Assembly (NCBI GenBank): GCA_027923505.1
Contig: BROI01000005.1
Location: 434,001 to 498,000 of the forward strand
Reading direction: 5' to 3'
Length of the DNA: 64,000 nucleotides
DNA from: Mayamaea pseudoterrestris
Lineage: Eukaryota
Below are positions 1 to 9,878 of the stretch, one piece after another; the stretch's first letter is position 1; every line of letters starts with the position of its first letter. The notes below the pieces were generated by a model, which saw only the letters and a program-made list of their open reading frames with translations, was not told the origin of the DNA and searched no databases. The position numbers and the translations under genes were made by a program.

Positions 1-281
1 CCCGCCTTCCTGGAACACTGATTCGTTGTCATTCGCAAGCTTCACCACATCGTTTACACCCGATGATCGAATTATATCGACGAGGGAGTGATTCAATACT
101 TTAGATTCAGCCAACAACACTATAAACCATTCCAACAGAAGAGGCAACGCTTCAGTCTCTTCAGCCGAAACCGAAGTGCTATCCCATGAGTGACCTCTTT
201 CAAGAAGCATCAGAGATGATCCGATCAAGCAAACTAGACGAGCCAAATGAATCGAGATGCGAAGGTAAACGGAGATGTCAA

Positions 282-341
282 GATCGCTATCGCAGTTTAT
301 CAAAGGACAACGATCGCTATCGCAGTTTATCAAAGGAGGAC
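282..341. repeat. Tandem duplication, 30-bp period, 2 copies
   Basis: gatcgctatcgcagtttatcaaagga occurs at 282 and again at 312 (26 identical bases). Confidence 0.9.
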
Positions 342-696
342 GACTGATGTTGATGGATCCGTTAGCGACCCGGCAGGAATCGCGCGCCGGGTGGTCGTCC
401 ATTATTTCGCTGAAGCCGAATCACGTCAAGCAACTCAACGGTCGCACGATATCGGGAATCGCCATAAATGGCGACGTCTGTATAACAACGCTAAGTCACT
501 AAGAACAAAGCCTGTAAATAGCCAACGATACATCATCGATGACAATGTCTACAATTATGCGTTGAGTTTTTCCGATCACGAAATTTGCTTTCCATATAAA
601 CGAGATGTCGAAATCGAGCGTTGAGTTTTCTTGAACAGAGGAAATCACCTTTCGAAATAAACGAACTGACGATTTCTACCCTTCGGAAACGAAGAG

Positions 697-1359
697 ATGC
701 TGTTACGAGTTGCACAAGTGCCAGCTTCAAAATGTTGTGCACACGGAAAATTACCCAACATTGCAATTAACTTCATGTACTGTGTTGCAGTGTCCAAAGT
801 GTACAACATGTCGCTGATACAAGCGATTGCGAGACACGGTTCCCAAAGTCTATGCAAAATGATTCAAACATTGACTTGCTTGAGCACAGAACATCTCACC
901 CAAGCTGTAATGAATAACGTAAACGACAACCTCCACAAGGACTTCAAGGAAACATGGACGCGAGTGGAGTCTCACGTGCAAATGGGTTTTGGAATGGAAC
1001 TATCTAACAATGAATACATGTTGTTTCGAACTCACATGCACGACAATGCGTCAGACACAAATCACTATGGAACTCTTCTTCGGTCGTTAGAGTCGACGAA
1101 AGATTGGGAAAAACTCAAATACTCCTGTCCCATAAACAACAAAACGATGAATTGGAAAATTGGCTGGATACAAATACGCAAACGACGACGCGCGCAGTAC
1201 GGCAGGAAACATAGATACGACAAGTTTTACTATTCACCGAAATTTGGATACAAATTCCGTTCGATCGTCGACGTCAAAGCGTTTGCAACCCATGTCGAAG
1301 AAGCGCAATCAAGTTTTGGCAACAAATCCGAAACAGTGGCTCAAAATAAAGTGCGATAA
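697..1359 (+). CDS. Protein with C-terminal methyl-CpG-binding-domain (MBD)-like motif
   Basis: GWIQIRKRRRAQYGRKHRYDKFYYSPKFGYKFRSIVDVKAF (~1162-1290) fits the MBD pattern GW...R......D.YY.SP.G.KFRS..ev..f. Start codon uncertain; intronless; AT-rich surroundings. Confidence 0.6.
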   Translation: MLLRVAQVPASKCCAHGKLPNIAINFMYCVAVSKVYNMSLIQAIARHGSQSLCKMIQTLTCLSTEHLTQAVMNNVNDNLHKDFKETWTRVESHVQMGFGMELSNNEYMLFRTHMHDNASDTNHYGTLLRSLESTKDWEKLKYSCPINNKTMNWKIGWIQIRKRRRAQYGRKHRYDKFYYSPKFGYKFRSIVDVKAFATHVEEAQSSFGNKSETVAQNKVR

Positions 1360-2823
1360 TGGATAACAATCGGCGACATTTTCACATAACACGTCATTGA
1401 AACATGGTAGCAAACATTGTATAATTAGAATCAGTATCCATGTCAGGTTATTCAATATCCATCTTTTTGAACTTCAGAAAACATGGATCGAACTGCCCAA
1501 GGATGAGCCCTCCGTGATCTTGTAACAACCGAAATATACGAAGCCAAGCTATACGGTCAACCAAAGTGAATTGTGTTGTGTACAAACGTCAGAAAAGGAA
1601 AACACAGTAGGAGCAACCAACAACATGACATCGAAACGATACTTCAATGTAGCATGCCTGGCCACAGAACGATGCAGGTGATCGGTACGAGGTCACTTAA
1701 ATGCTGCTTGAACTCCTTCCACTTTGGTAATTAGACCAATTGCGTCTGGATTGATATTAAAGAGCAAAAAACGGAATGAGAACGTGCTTATTGCAATCAA
1801 TCGAGACGAATTGTAAACTCAGTGCTTTGCACAACTCCCCAAGCATTCTCATTTGATGAGCTCATTCATTTCAAGAACTCTCCAGCATTCAACCAAATTT
1901 GGTAAACAGTTCCATTACACTATAGAACAAGTGTATGAACGGTATCAACATGCCGAGAACAGACTGTAGCAAGCAGTCGATGAAACGAATACACGGGCGC
2001 ATCGCTATCAAAAAGGTGCCGCGGCGGGACCAATACTCATTCGAGGGCAAAGCTGATTACATCGCTAGATACCGCTTGACTTACTTGATAGATCTACTGC
2101 TTTAAATTATTGAAAACGGCTTATTATAAACTTTAAAAGATGAAAGTGAATGTTTTGGGGTGGGGTGGTGGGTGGCGGGTCGATTTTTACATGTCCGCGT
2201 CAAGTCGCAGAACGAACGAAAACTCCAAAACTTCAACTTCAATGTCGCATGCCTGACCACAGAATGGTACAAAGCCTACAGGCAATAATAACATCCACGA
2301 AACACTCAAGTCTTGTATGACGTTCACGAAACAACAAGCATAAGTACATATAAGGAATAGCAATGCGGAAACCGTAAAGATAACGCCAGGCAATAGAATT
2401 TTCTTCATGATAACAGGCAGGCAATAATCGATTACTCACCCCTAAACCCTATCACAAACAGAAAATATCAAAATGACCCTCCCTACATCTTCGTATGTTG
2501 GCCTACGTGAAAGTAACCCCCTGTGGACTAATTGGCATTCAAGAAAAATTCTTAATATGCCCGGGCTTGAAGACGGATTGTCGAAACTCCGGGTTTTGTG
2601 ACACAGTTTCCTCCAGACCTCCTGTACTAGCGAGGTAAACCTCGGATTGGCTTTTTAGCTAATGCTACGTCTTGTCGGTAGTTACGGAAACGAGCCATGA
2701 CCACCCTATGGTCAACAGCATTATAAGCGTATATGTTTACAGCATCGTGCCTCTGCTAGTATCTAATCATTGTATGGCAGCATGGTAAATCTAACTATTA
2801 CGCAAAAGTTTAATCATGTTCGT

Positions 2824-5800
2824 TCAATTTTCTGTATCCCTTGAAGCGCAAGCTGATATCGAATAATCATCCATGCGGCTTCGAAGATCGCTCCATTCGT
2901 ACGACGCACTCGAAGCAGCATCAGATTCGGCGGCACTTGATTTTGATTGTAGACTCTCATCCAACTTCGTGCGCCTTGGTCGCTCTTCGCCAGTCATCGC
3001 CCATCGAAACCTGTCGGTGAAGAGGACGGGAGCAGGTTCTATTTTATCTATTAGTTCGGCATCTGACTCCTCCTCAAGACCGGCAATGGAAACACAAGGG
3101 AAGCCTTCCACGTCTCGTAGGTACTGGTTGCCGGCCATTCTCACAAAAACGTTCAAGAGCGTAAGCAAAAGCGCACCAGCAGCAAGGACGAAAGAGCCAG
3201 AAGCGACTAATGAGTCGACTCGGAAACATTGCGCATCCTCAGCTTTCAAAATACCATAATATACGAGCTGCGCAAACATGTCTTTTAATGACTCGCAGGC
3301 AGAGCCAACCATGAACTCTGAAACTGGTCCAAGCTGCCAGGCTGCAACGACGACAGCCAGGATAAAGACTTCGCAATACTGCCAAGCTTCAAGACATTCA
3401 ATAGCCACAGATAAGCGATGACGCCTTCGCACTGTCATGGGCTTAAACCACTGATACAGCAGCGTCCATGTCTGTACGATCGGCACGATCAAGACGCATG
3501 ATATCAAGACGATCGACAGTGAGCCGAGCCCAATGTAGTCTGCAGCCCGTCCGGTAAATTTCGCTTGGTCAAACAGCATTCCGATAATCGAAAACAAACT
3601 GTAGCTTGACGTCGCATTGTTAAAGTCCTGTCCAGATTCGACCATAATCCCAATAATTCCCAAAACGTCTTGTGAAACCACCGGAAGCGTGCAGCCGAGG
3701 ATGATGAGCAAGCTAACTACTCCTCCGACAAAAATCATCGAAGGAGAAATACTGCGGCGAGCTTTAAGTCGATCAAGCGATCCGCGATGCGGTCGAGCAT
3801 AAGCGTGCATGCAAAGAGCTTCCTTGCCATTTTCTACAGAGCTTTCGTGGGTGTTGCAGGATGTCTCGTTCGGCTCAAGCATGCTGCCCGACTCGGACAC
3901 CGTCACACCTGTTTCCGTCGTCTTCAAATTAGCAACGTTGCAGCTCTGGGCTCCAACCGCGCTCTCGATCACCTTGCGGTGATAATGTATAATGAAGTGA
4001 GAGCTAATTTGGGATACCATCTGAGCGATCATATTCGCGTACAGGCCCCACAGGGGCACTACCAAGAGATCCAAGCTATAGAAGTCTTTCGGCAAGAATT
4101 CGATGTCAGGACTCTGAACTGACACGCGAAAGCCAGCGACGGTGACAACCAACACAAAGATGTCAACGAATGACCATTTCGCCAGCACATCAAACCACAA
4201 TAGAATTGCTTCCCTTCTTGACACGGATACCGAACGCGTTGGAGCAAACCATAGAAGCAAAGTGACAAGCTGCTTCGTATATGGCCAGATACCCGAAACG
4301 ATAAGAATCAGCATCGCCAAAGCTTTCCCTCCGGCCTTCCAAATCTCTATGGTACTTCTCGCAATGGAAAAGTCGTAGAAGTTTGCTGCATGGACCGTCT
4401 GTTCGCCAACAGTTGCGACTATTGTAACAGTTGCAGCGATTTGAAGGTGTCCCGAGATGAATAAACCAATGTTAACGATAACACACAATGGCATCAAAAG
4501 TCGCACCCAACGGGGAATGACAGGACTTCTAAATAGTGATGAAGTCGCGTCATTTATGTATTGTTCACTATGATGTCGCTGTATCTGCATGCACCACAGT
4601 CTTCGTACCACATTGCTCGGCTGCTGATGCAACCATCTTCGGTTTCGCCGTTTCACGACATATCGGATGGCAAATACCATTCCCCAGGCAAAAACTGCAA
4701 TGGTAAGCACAGTGAGTGCTAGCGCGAGAAACAATGCGAGTGAACCTTCTTCTTCGGGAGTGCTGAACGGTTGATACTTTGTGGGCGCTATATTCGCCTC
4801 GTAGTTCTCAGTGTGGGGACATCGGCGCTGACTTTCCACGAGGAGGCGGTCTAAGGCGTCTTGGACATATGCACCGCCAAGAAGTTTAGACACATAACCG
4901 AGCAAATTGTTAGTTGATTCTGTAAGACTAGCTGTTGCAGCGTGTGTTGACACCAGCTGAGCGAGATCAGCCATTCCTGGGCTTGAGCAATTCATACACG
5001 TAACATTCAAATTCAATTGAGATATCCGAGCATTCAAATCAACAAGAGACAAGGAGGGCAATGTTCTTGGTAGTCGAACGCCGTGAATGTCCAATGGCTG
5101 TGCAGGAATCGTAGCAAGCCAACAGTATTGATTGAGCATATCTTTAAACGGGAACGTCCGGAAGGCTGCATCGTCCACTTGAATCAACGCATTGGCGACG
5201 ACGGAGAGATCGTCAATGCCGAAATCAAGGCTCACGTCATTATATATATCCGTGTTATCACTTGCCAACCCGAAAATAAAACGACTGCCAGCTCGGAATG
5301 ACGGACCAACACCGATCGTTGCAGTGTTGTTTAACTCGTTCCCAGACACCGGAGAAAGAAGCGACATGGGATCACCGAAAGTGTCGAGATCGTCAAGATA
5401 CGCATCAAACATCCTCAACAAGACGGTCGCGTCCAATCCTCCGATATTAATTCGAGTCGTTGAATTAAATGGGTTAGAAAATGCAAGCCGGCCTGCACTG
5501 CCAGACTGCGATTGCGTCAATTTATCGACGATAACATCGTTAACTCTAGACAATCCGCTGACAGAATCAACTTTAAAAAGCCTCTCCTGCAGTAAATCGT
5601 AAAGTTTAGCGAATACGCTACCGTAAGGTGCCTGTCCTGAACCACCAAGTTTCCTCGAGCGGTCTGGACTGAGCAACAAATCGCGAAAGTCAACAAAAAC
5701 AGGAGCTTCGCGCGCAGGCGAAGTGATCCCACACGCTGCTTTTGATGCAATCAACCCATTCACATAGGAGTTCAGTGTCGCTTTCACAACGCCATCAGTT

Positions 5801-8800
5801 ATAAAAGGGATAGCAACTGTTAAATTTTTTCCATAGCGATCAGCGATCGTAGAGATTGACGTTGACAATGCCTTTGATGACGCCGGCAGTAAGCCTTCGA
5901 CCACTGGGGCCGACAATGAGCCAACAGCGACAACAAACCGCGGCATATTAAATGAACTTGCGGTCGATAGCAAACAAGGAAGAATAGATGACAATGAAAA
6001 CAATGACTCCATCTTGATCGAACCCATCGCCTCCACCTCAAAGGCCGCAAACACTGCAACATCAATCGATATATCCGTTGCATTAAACGAAACGGTTAAT
6101 TGTTGCGGTTCTCCATCAGCAGACCCCAAACTGAACGCCAAATGAACGCCGACAGAAGTAAGCTGTATCATGTTCTGCAGCGTCTGCGGGGCGATCGGCT
6201 TGAGAACATCAAAAGTGGTAAACGTGTTTAGACCAGAAATTTCAATACTATTGATTTGAGCAACGATGCCGTTCATGTCAACAGCAAGATTTGGTAAGAT
6301 TTTAAAAACTCCATCAACGAGCAGTGACTTTTCGAGCAGAGAGTTGATCTGTAGATTTCCAACGCTATCCACCCGACTTAACATGCTCCTTAGCTCGCTA
6401 AAGACCGTGTCGGGGAGCTTTCCAATCCCGAGACTGGTATCCAAATCAGTCCAGTCCAAAAGCTTAATATTATCAGCAATAGCGGCAGACATTTGAGCCG
6501 AAAGAGCATTTTGAAACTGGTGCGGCGTCCCATGGCTTAGCCCAAACACTGTCAACCCAACTTCAGCTGCGAGAGCTGCCGCAAACATGAAAGCATCAAC
6601 GCTTTCCGGTGGTAGATCTGGCATCTCCAAAACCCACCCCTTCTTATTAGCTGATTCTTCGTAAGCCGCACTCATTGGGCATCGCTGATGCGAACTTTCT
6701 ATCATTTGATGCAACATGCTATTCACTGGCCCTCCGGCAGCGTATCCCTCCGCGAGCTTCTCAATGCCGTTAGCGAGAACAGGGAATGCTCTTGATTTTG
6801 TAATGATATCAATCAAATCAGGTAATGCCGCCAGTCCAGGGCTCGAGCAGGCTGTACATGATGCATTCATTGTAAAGCTCGCAAGAGTTGCTACGAAGGA
6901 AGAGATCTCAAACGCTGGCGAGTCTGCTGCTCGCAAAGGGAACATGGAGAACCAGCAGTCGACATCCATGATATAACGTATCTTGAAATGTTGAAACATA
7001 TCTGATGACAGAATCGATTGGATAATCGCACCAGCAGTCAAAGAATTAGCGCTGGCGGATATAACAATCTCGTTTGACATGCTCAGCGGAGACTCCTTTC
7101 CGACTACAGCCATGAGAAAACGCATGCTAGCGGTCAACCTGTCATGAAACAAATTCCCAACGCGAAACGTATTGTTTGTTTCGAAAGGCAGCTTGCTCGT
7201 TTCAAGTAGGCTCAACGGTGATCGCAATGCGTCAACATTTTCGATTATGAAATCCGATAGACTCAACTCAAAGCGTTCAGCAGCCAGCACAGTAACATCA
7301 CTTTTTTCGATAGATACCAACTTCGATCCAAACCGAAGGACTCCTTTAGTGCCCGACTGCGCAAGCGTTACAGGACGGATCAACATTTCGTTTATTCCCG
7401 CCGAACCGTCGCTACCGACTGCCATGAAAGTATCTTGTACGGCCTGATACAAGAGATGCGTTATATCTCCGTACTGCTGCTCGCCTGTTCCTCCTTGTAG
7501 GCGTGCCGCTTCCGGTGCCATCAACAAATCACGCAAGTCAACGAACTCGTCGACAACGGTAGGCGGTATGCATGTGGACGACGACAGAATGTCCGGTAGA
7601 AACTGCTGATTGATAACATTGCGAGCAAGAATCTGAAAGACCCCCGGAATTGCTCGCAATAATGTTGGTTCATATACAGCGAGGGCTGCCTTCACCAGCT
7701 GAGAAATCACGAGATCGAAGCCTAAAGATACAAAGCCCTCAATCGTAGGGTCTTTTATATCAGAAACTGATACTTCAAGCGTCGTGACAGTTATATTGTC
7801 AAGGGCTGAAAGTAAACACGGAACGAGGCGATCGGAATACAACAAAGATCCAAGCTCCAGCGCCCCCAGCTTGTCTTCGTCCACTGCCAGCAAGAGCGAT
7901 ACTGCCACATCTAAATTGTCTACTCCCAACACAACTGTAACTTGCTCAATCACTTCACGATTGCTCGTCCCTTCAATGATCGAATCCGCCCGCGACGACG
8001 CCTTCATGGTCACTGTCATGTCGACCTTTACGGTCACATAGTCCCACTGCAGTTTGGATTGCACCGTTCGATTTCCAATGAGGTCCAAGCCGCTAAACTC
8101 TTTCAAAGTGTCGAGACCATAGACTTTGACATTATCTATGGTAATCCTCGTTTCCGTTAACTTATCACTTCGATCAAGAACGGTAGGGTTCGCAATGCTA
8201 CTCACGTTCAAGTCCAAGGAACGATCATTTATCAAAAAGCGATCGCGAAGCATAATGTTCAAGGTCAGGTCCGAACCCGTGCCAGTCGGCCCGCCAACAT
8301 CGCTGGTTCGACCAGAGAGCAGCGAATCAATCTGTCGAACCGCAATCAAAATAAGCGATCCAAGTCCCGTCTCTGCTCGTAGATTAAGTATGTTTGGGCC
8401 GAAATCCGTCCTGTGTTCGAGCTTCAATGGATTGTACGGAACTGGTTTCAAATATAGACTCATTCGCTTGTTCAACTTCGCAATGGCATCCTTGAGCATA
8501 TTTGATCCAAGCCCCGACAGTTGGTCGCAAACCAGTTTCGAAACTTGCGTCTCTACGACATTCGCAACCATCTTTTCCATAATGTCAGCAATTTTCGCCA
8601 CGACACCTCCATCAAAGTCTAAATCAATAATGTCAACCGACGCCGCGCACGAGTTCATAGCCAGCGACGGAGGAACTCCTGCTCCTCCAGCAGTAACCTG
8701 CAACGTACTGTCTAGTTTGTTGCGACTCGTTCTGGCGACTAGACTTCCCGAGCCCTTGACGCTTCCAAAACCATACCAATAGTCCATGTCGCAGTCCATG

Positions 8801-9330
8801 GACACTTGCATGGTGGCATTCAAGGTCAAGGCGCCCCACTCGTCCAGTGCATAGTTGACTGCCAAGTCTTCCAAAATAACCTTGTAGCAAATCAGGTTGG
8901 ACACATCCAAGATGAACTCGTTGAAAACAATCTTTTTAATTAATTTTGCATCCGGCAAGTGAAGCTTGGCGTCCTGAAAGAGTCGGTTGAATGAGGCAAA
9001 GTCCGTGGCCGACGCAAGGATGCGTGACACAATGCCTGTCAACGTCGTGACATTCCACTGGCTTTCCTCGTCATTGTCCCATGCCAGCAAATAGTCCAAA
9101 AAGTCGTCGTCCAAATGGTTCGTCTTGGCTGCATCATTGCCAATTGGCGTATCAAAAGAGGTTGGCGTGTCGTGTTCTTTTTCTGTACTCGGCAACACAT
9201 TCCTGCTGCTGCTGCTGCTGCTGCTGCTGGTGTCGACCGACCCAAGGCTTTGTTCATTGTAGCTAGCACTTGCTCCAATGAGCGCGAACATGCTGCAGAG
9301 AGCCAAAAGGCTCAAGGTGCGCGCCAGCAT
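2824..9330 (-). CDS. Giant membrane protein: signal peptide, BPI/LBP-like domain, two copies of a ~616-aa TULIP-like unit, TM helix, two PqiA (LetA/YebS-type) membrane domains
   Basis: Uninterrupted ORF (2824-9375); likely start MLARTLSLLALCSMFALIGASA at 9330. PqiA-like motifs SIARSTIEIW...LAKWSFVDIFVLVV (~4150-4380) and YSLFSIIGML...LEAWQYCEVFILAVV (~3350-3610). BPI-like CAASVDIIDLDFDGG...VSKLVCDQL. Internal repeat FVDLRDLL (~7522-7545) vs FVDFRDLL (~5674-5697), CTACSSPG vs CMNCSSPG. Confidence 0.8.
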   Translation of the reverse strand: MLARTLSLLALCSMFALIGASASYNEQSLGSVDTSSSSSSSSRNVLPSTEKEHDTPTSFDTPIGNDAAKTNHLDDDFLDYLLAWDNDEESQWNVTTLTGIVSRILASATDFASFNRLFQDAKLHLPDAKLIKKIVFNEFILDVSNLICYKVILEDLAVNYALDEWGALTLNATMQVSMDCDMDYWYGFGSVKGSGSLVARTSRNKLDSTLQVTAGGAGVPPSLAMNSCAASVDIIDLDFDGGVVAKIADIMEKMVANVVETQVSKLVCDQLSGLGSNMLKDAIAKLNKRMSLYLKPVPYNPLKLEHRTDFGPNILNLRAETGLGSLILIAVRQIDSLLSGRTSDVGGPTGTGSDLTLNIMLRDRFLINDRSLDLNVSSIANPTVLDRSDKLTETRITIDNVKVYGLDTLKEFSGLDLIGNRTVQSKLQWDYVTVKVDMTVTMKASSRADSIIEGTSNREVIEQVTVVLGVDNLDVAVSLLLAVDEDKLGALELGSLLYSDRLVPCLLSALDNITVTTLEVSVSDIKDPTIEGFVSLGFDLVISQLVKAALAVYEPTLLRAIPGVFQILARNVINQQFLPDILSSSTCIPPTVVDEFVDLRDLLMAPEAARLQGGTGEQQYGDITHLLYQAVQDTFMAVGSDGSAGINEMLIRPVTLAQSGTKGVLRFGSKLVSIEKSDVTVLAAERFELSLSDFIIENVDALRSPLSLLETSKLPFETNNTFRVGNLFHDRLTASMRFLMAVVGKESPLSMSNEIVISASANSLTAGAIIQSILSSDMFQHFKIRYIMDVDCWFSMFPLRAADSPAFEISSFVATLASFTMNASCTACSSPGLAALPDLIDIITKSRAFPVLANGIEKLAEGYAAGGPVNSMLHQMIESSHQRCPMSAAYEESANKKGWVLEMPDLPPESVDAFMFAAALAAEVGLTVFGLSHGTPHQFQNALSAQMSAAIADNIKLLDWTDLDTSLGIGKLPDTVFSELRSMLSRVDSVGNLQINSLLEKSLLVDGVFKILPNLAVDMNGIVAQINSIEISGLNTFTTFDVLKPIAPQTLQNMIQLTSVGVHLAFSLGSADGEPQQLTVSFNATDISIDVAVFAAFEVEAMGSIKMESLFSLSSILPCLLSTASSFNMPRFVVAVGSLSAPVVEGLLPASSKALSTSISTIADRYGKNLTVAIPFITDGVVKATLNSYVNGLIASKAACGITSPAREAPVFVDFRDLLLSPDRSRKLGGSGQAPYGSVFAKLYDLLQERLFKVDSVSGLSRVNDVIVDKLTQSQSGSAGRLAFSNPFNSTTRINIGGLDATVLLRMFDAYLDDLDTFGDPMSLLSPVSGNELNNTATIGVGPSFRAGSRFIFGLASDNTDIYNDVSLDFGIDDLSVVANALIQVDDAAFRTFPFKDMLNQYCWLATIPAQPLDIHGVRLPRTLPSLSLVDLNARISQLNLNVTCMNCSSPGMADLAQLVSTHAATASLTESTNNLLGYVSKLLGGAYVQDALDRLLVESQRRCPHTENYEANIAPTKYQPFSTPEEEGSLALFLALALTVLTIAVFAWGMVFAIRYVVKRRNRRWLHQQPSNVVRRLWCMQIQRHHSEQYINDATSSLFRSPVIPRWVRLLMPLCVIVNIGLFISGHLQIAATVTIVATVGEQTVHAANFYDFSIARSTIEIWKAGGKALAMLILIVSGIWPYTKQLVTLLLWFAPTRSVSVSRREAILLWFDVLAKWSFVDIFVLVVTVAGFRVSVQSPDIEFLPKDFYSLDLLVVPLWGLYANMIAQMVSQISSHFIIHYHRKVIESAVGAQSCNVANLKTTETGVTVSESGSMLEPNETSCNTHESSVENGKEALCMHAYARPHRGSLDRLKARRSISPSMIFVGGVVSLLIILGCTLPVVSQDVLGIIGIMVESGQDFNNATSSYSLFSIIGMLFDQAKFTGRAADYIGLGSLSIVLISCVLIVPIVQTWTLLYQWFKPMTVRRRHRLSVAIECLEAWQYCEVFILAVVVAAWQLGPVSEFMVGSACESLKDMFAQLVYYGILKAEDAQCFRVDSLVASGSFVLAAGALLLTLLNVFVRMAGNQYLRDVEGFPCVSIAGLEEESDAELIDKIEPAPVLFTDRFRWAMTGEERPRRTKLDESLQSKSSAAESDAASSASYEWSDLRSRMDDYSISACASRDTEN
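9203..9229. repeat. (CTG)9 microsatellite encoding poly-Ser in the PqiA-domain protein
   Basis: Nine perfect ctg units read directly. Confidence 0.95.
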
Positions 9331-9878
9331 ATTGAATTTGGTTGGTCTCGTCGTCGAACTTTTAACCAGGAGCAAAGCAATCGGGACGAGTCGTGTCGAG
9401 TCGCTCAGATAGCTGTGAGTATTGAAAGCAGCTCAGTCAGCAGCTCTTTTTCCACTCAAAATATAAACAAAAGTATCCGCCTATAGAGCCTCGGAAAGTG
9501 AGGTGCACGATCACATGATGCTGGATGCCATGCCATGGAGATCGGAAGCAAACCCATCATTCGGATGGTGTTGGATCGTGTGTGCATCGCAACAACTCGC
9601 GCTTCTGAAGAACCGGAGCGACAAAGCAAGGAGGCAATACAAACTCACTGTAGCACAAAGTGTACAGTTGCAGTCTTGTCCAGCGGCCAAGGTCGCCAAT
9701 CATTGGCGGGTTCGCACGCCGGCCCATCCCAAGTTTCGTCGCTTGTGCTTCCGTTGGCGAGTAGTCGAACGAGTCGACTCCTCGCTGCCAAACGGCCGCT
9801 GCCGGTCGCACACCAACAGCAGCAACAGCTTGGGTAGTTTGTCTCGTCTCTTTGCTACCAAACGAAACAACCACCACC

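Noticed and set aside
282..341. CRISPR-like repeat
   Set aside because: Only two adjacent copies with no spacer, no cas genes, eukaryotic context.
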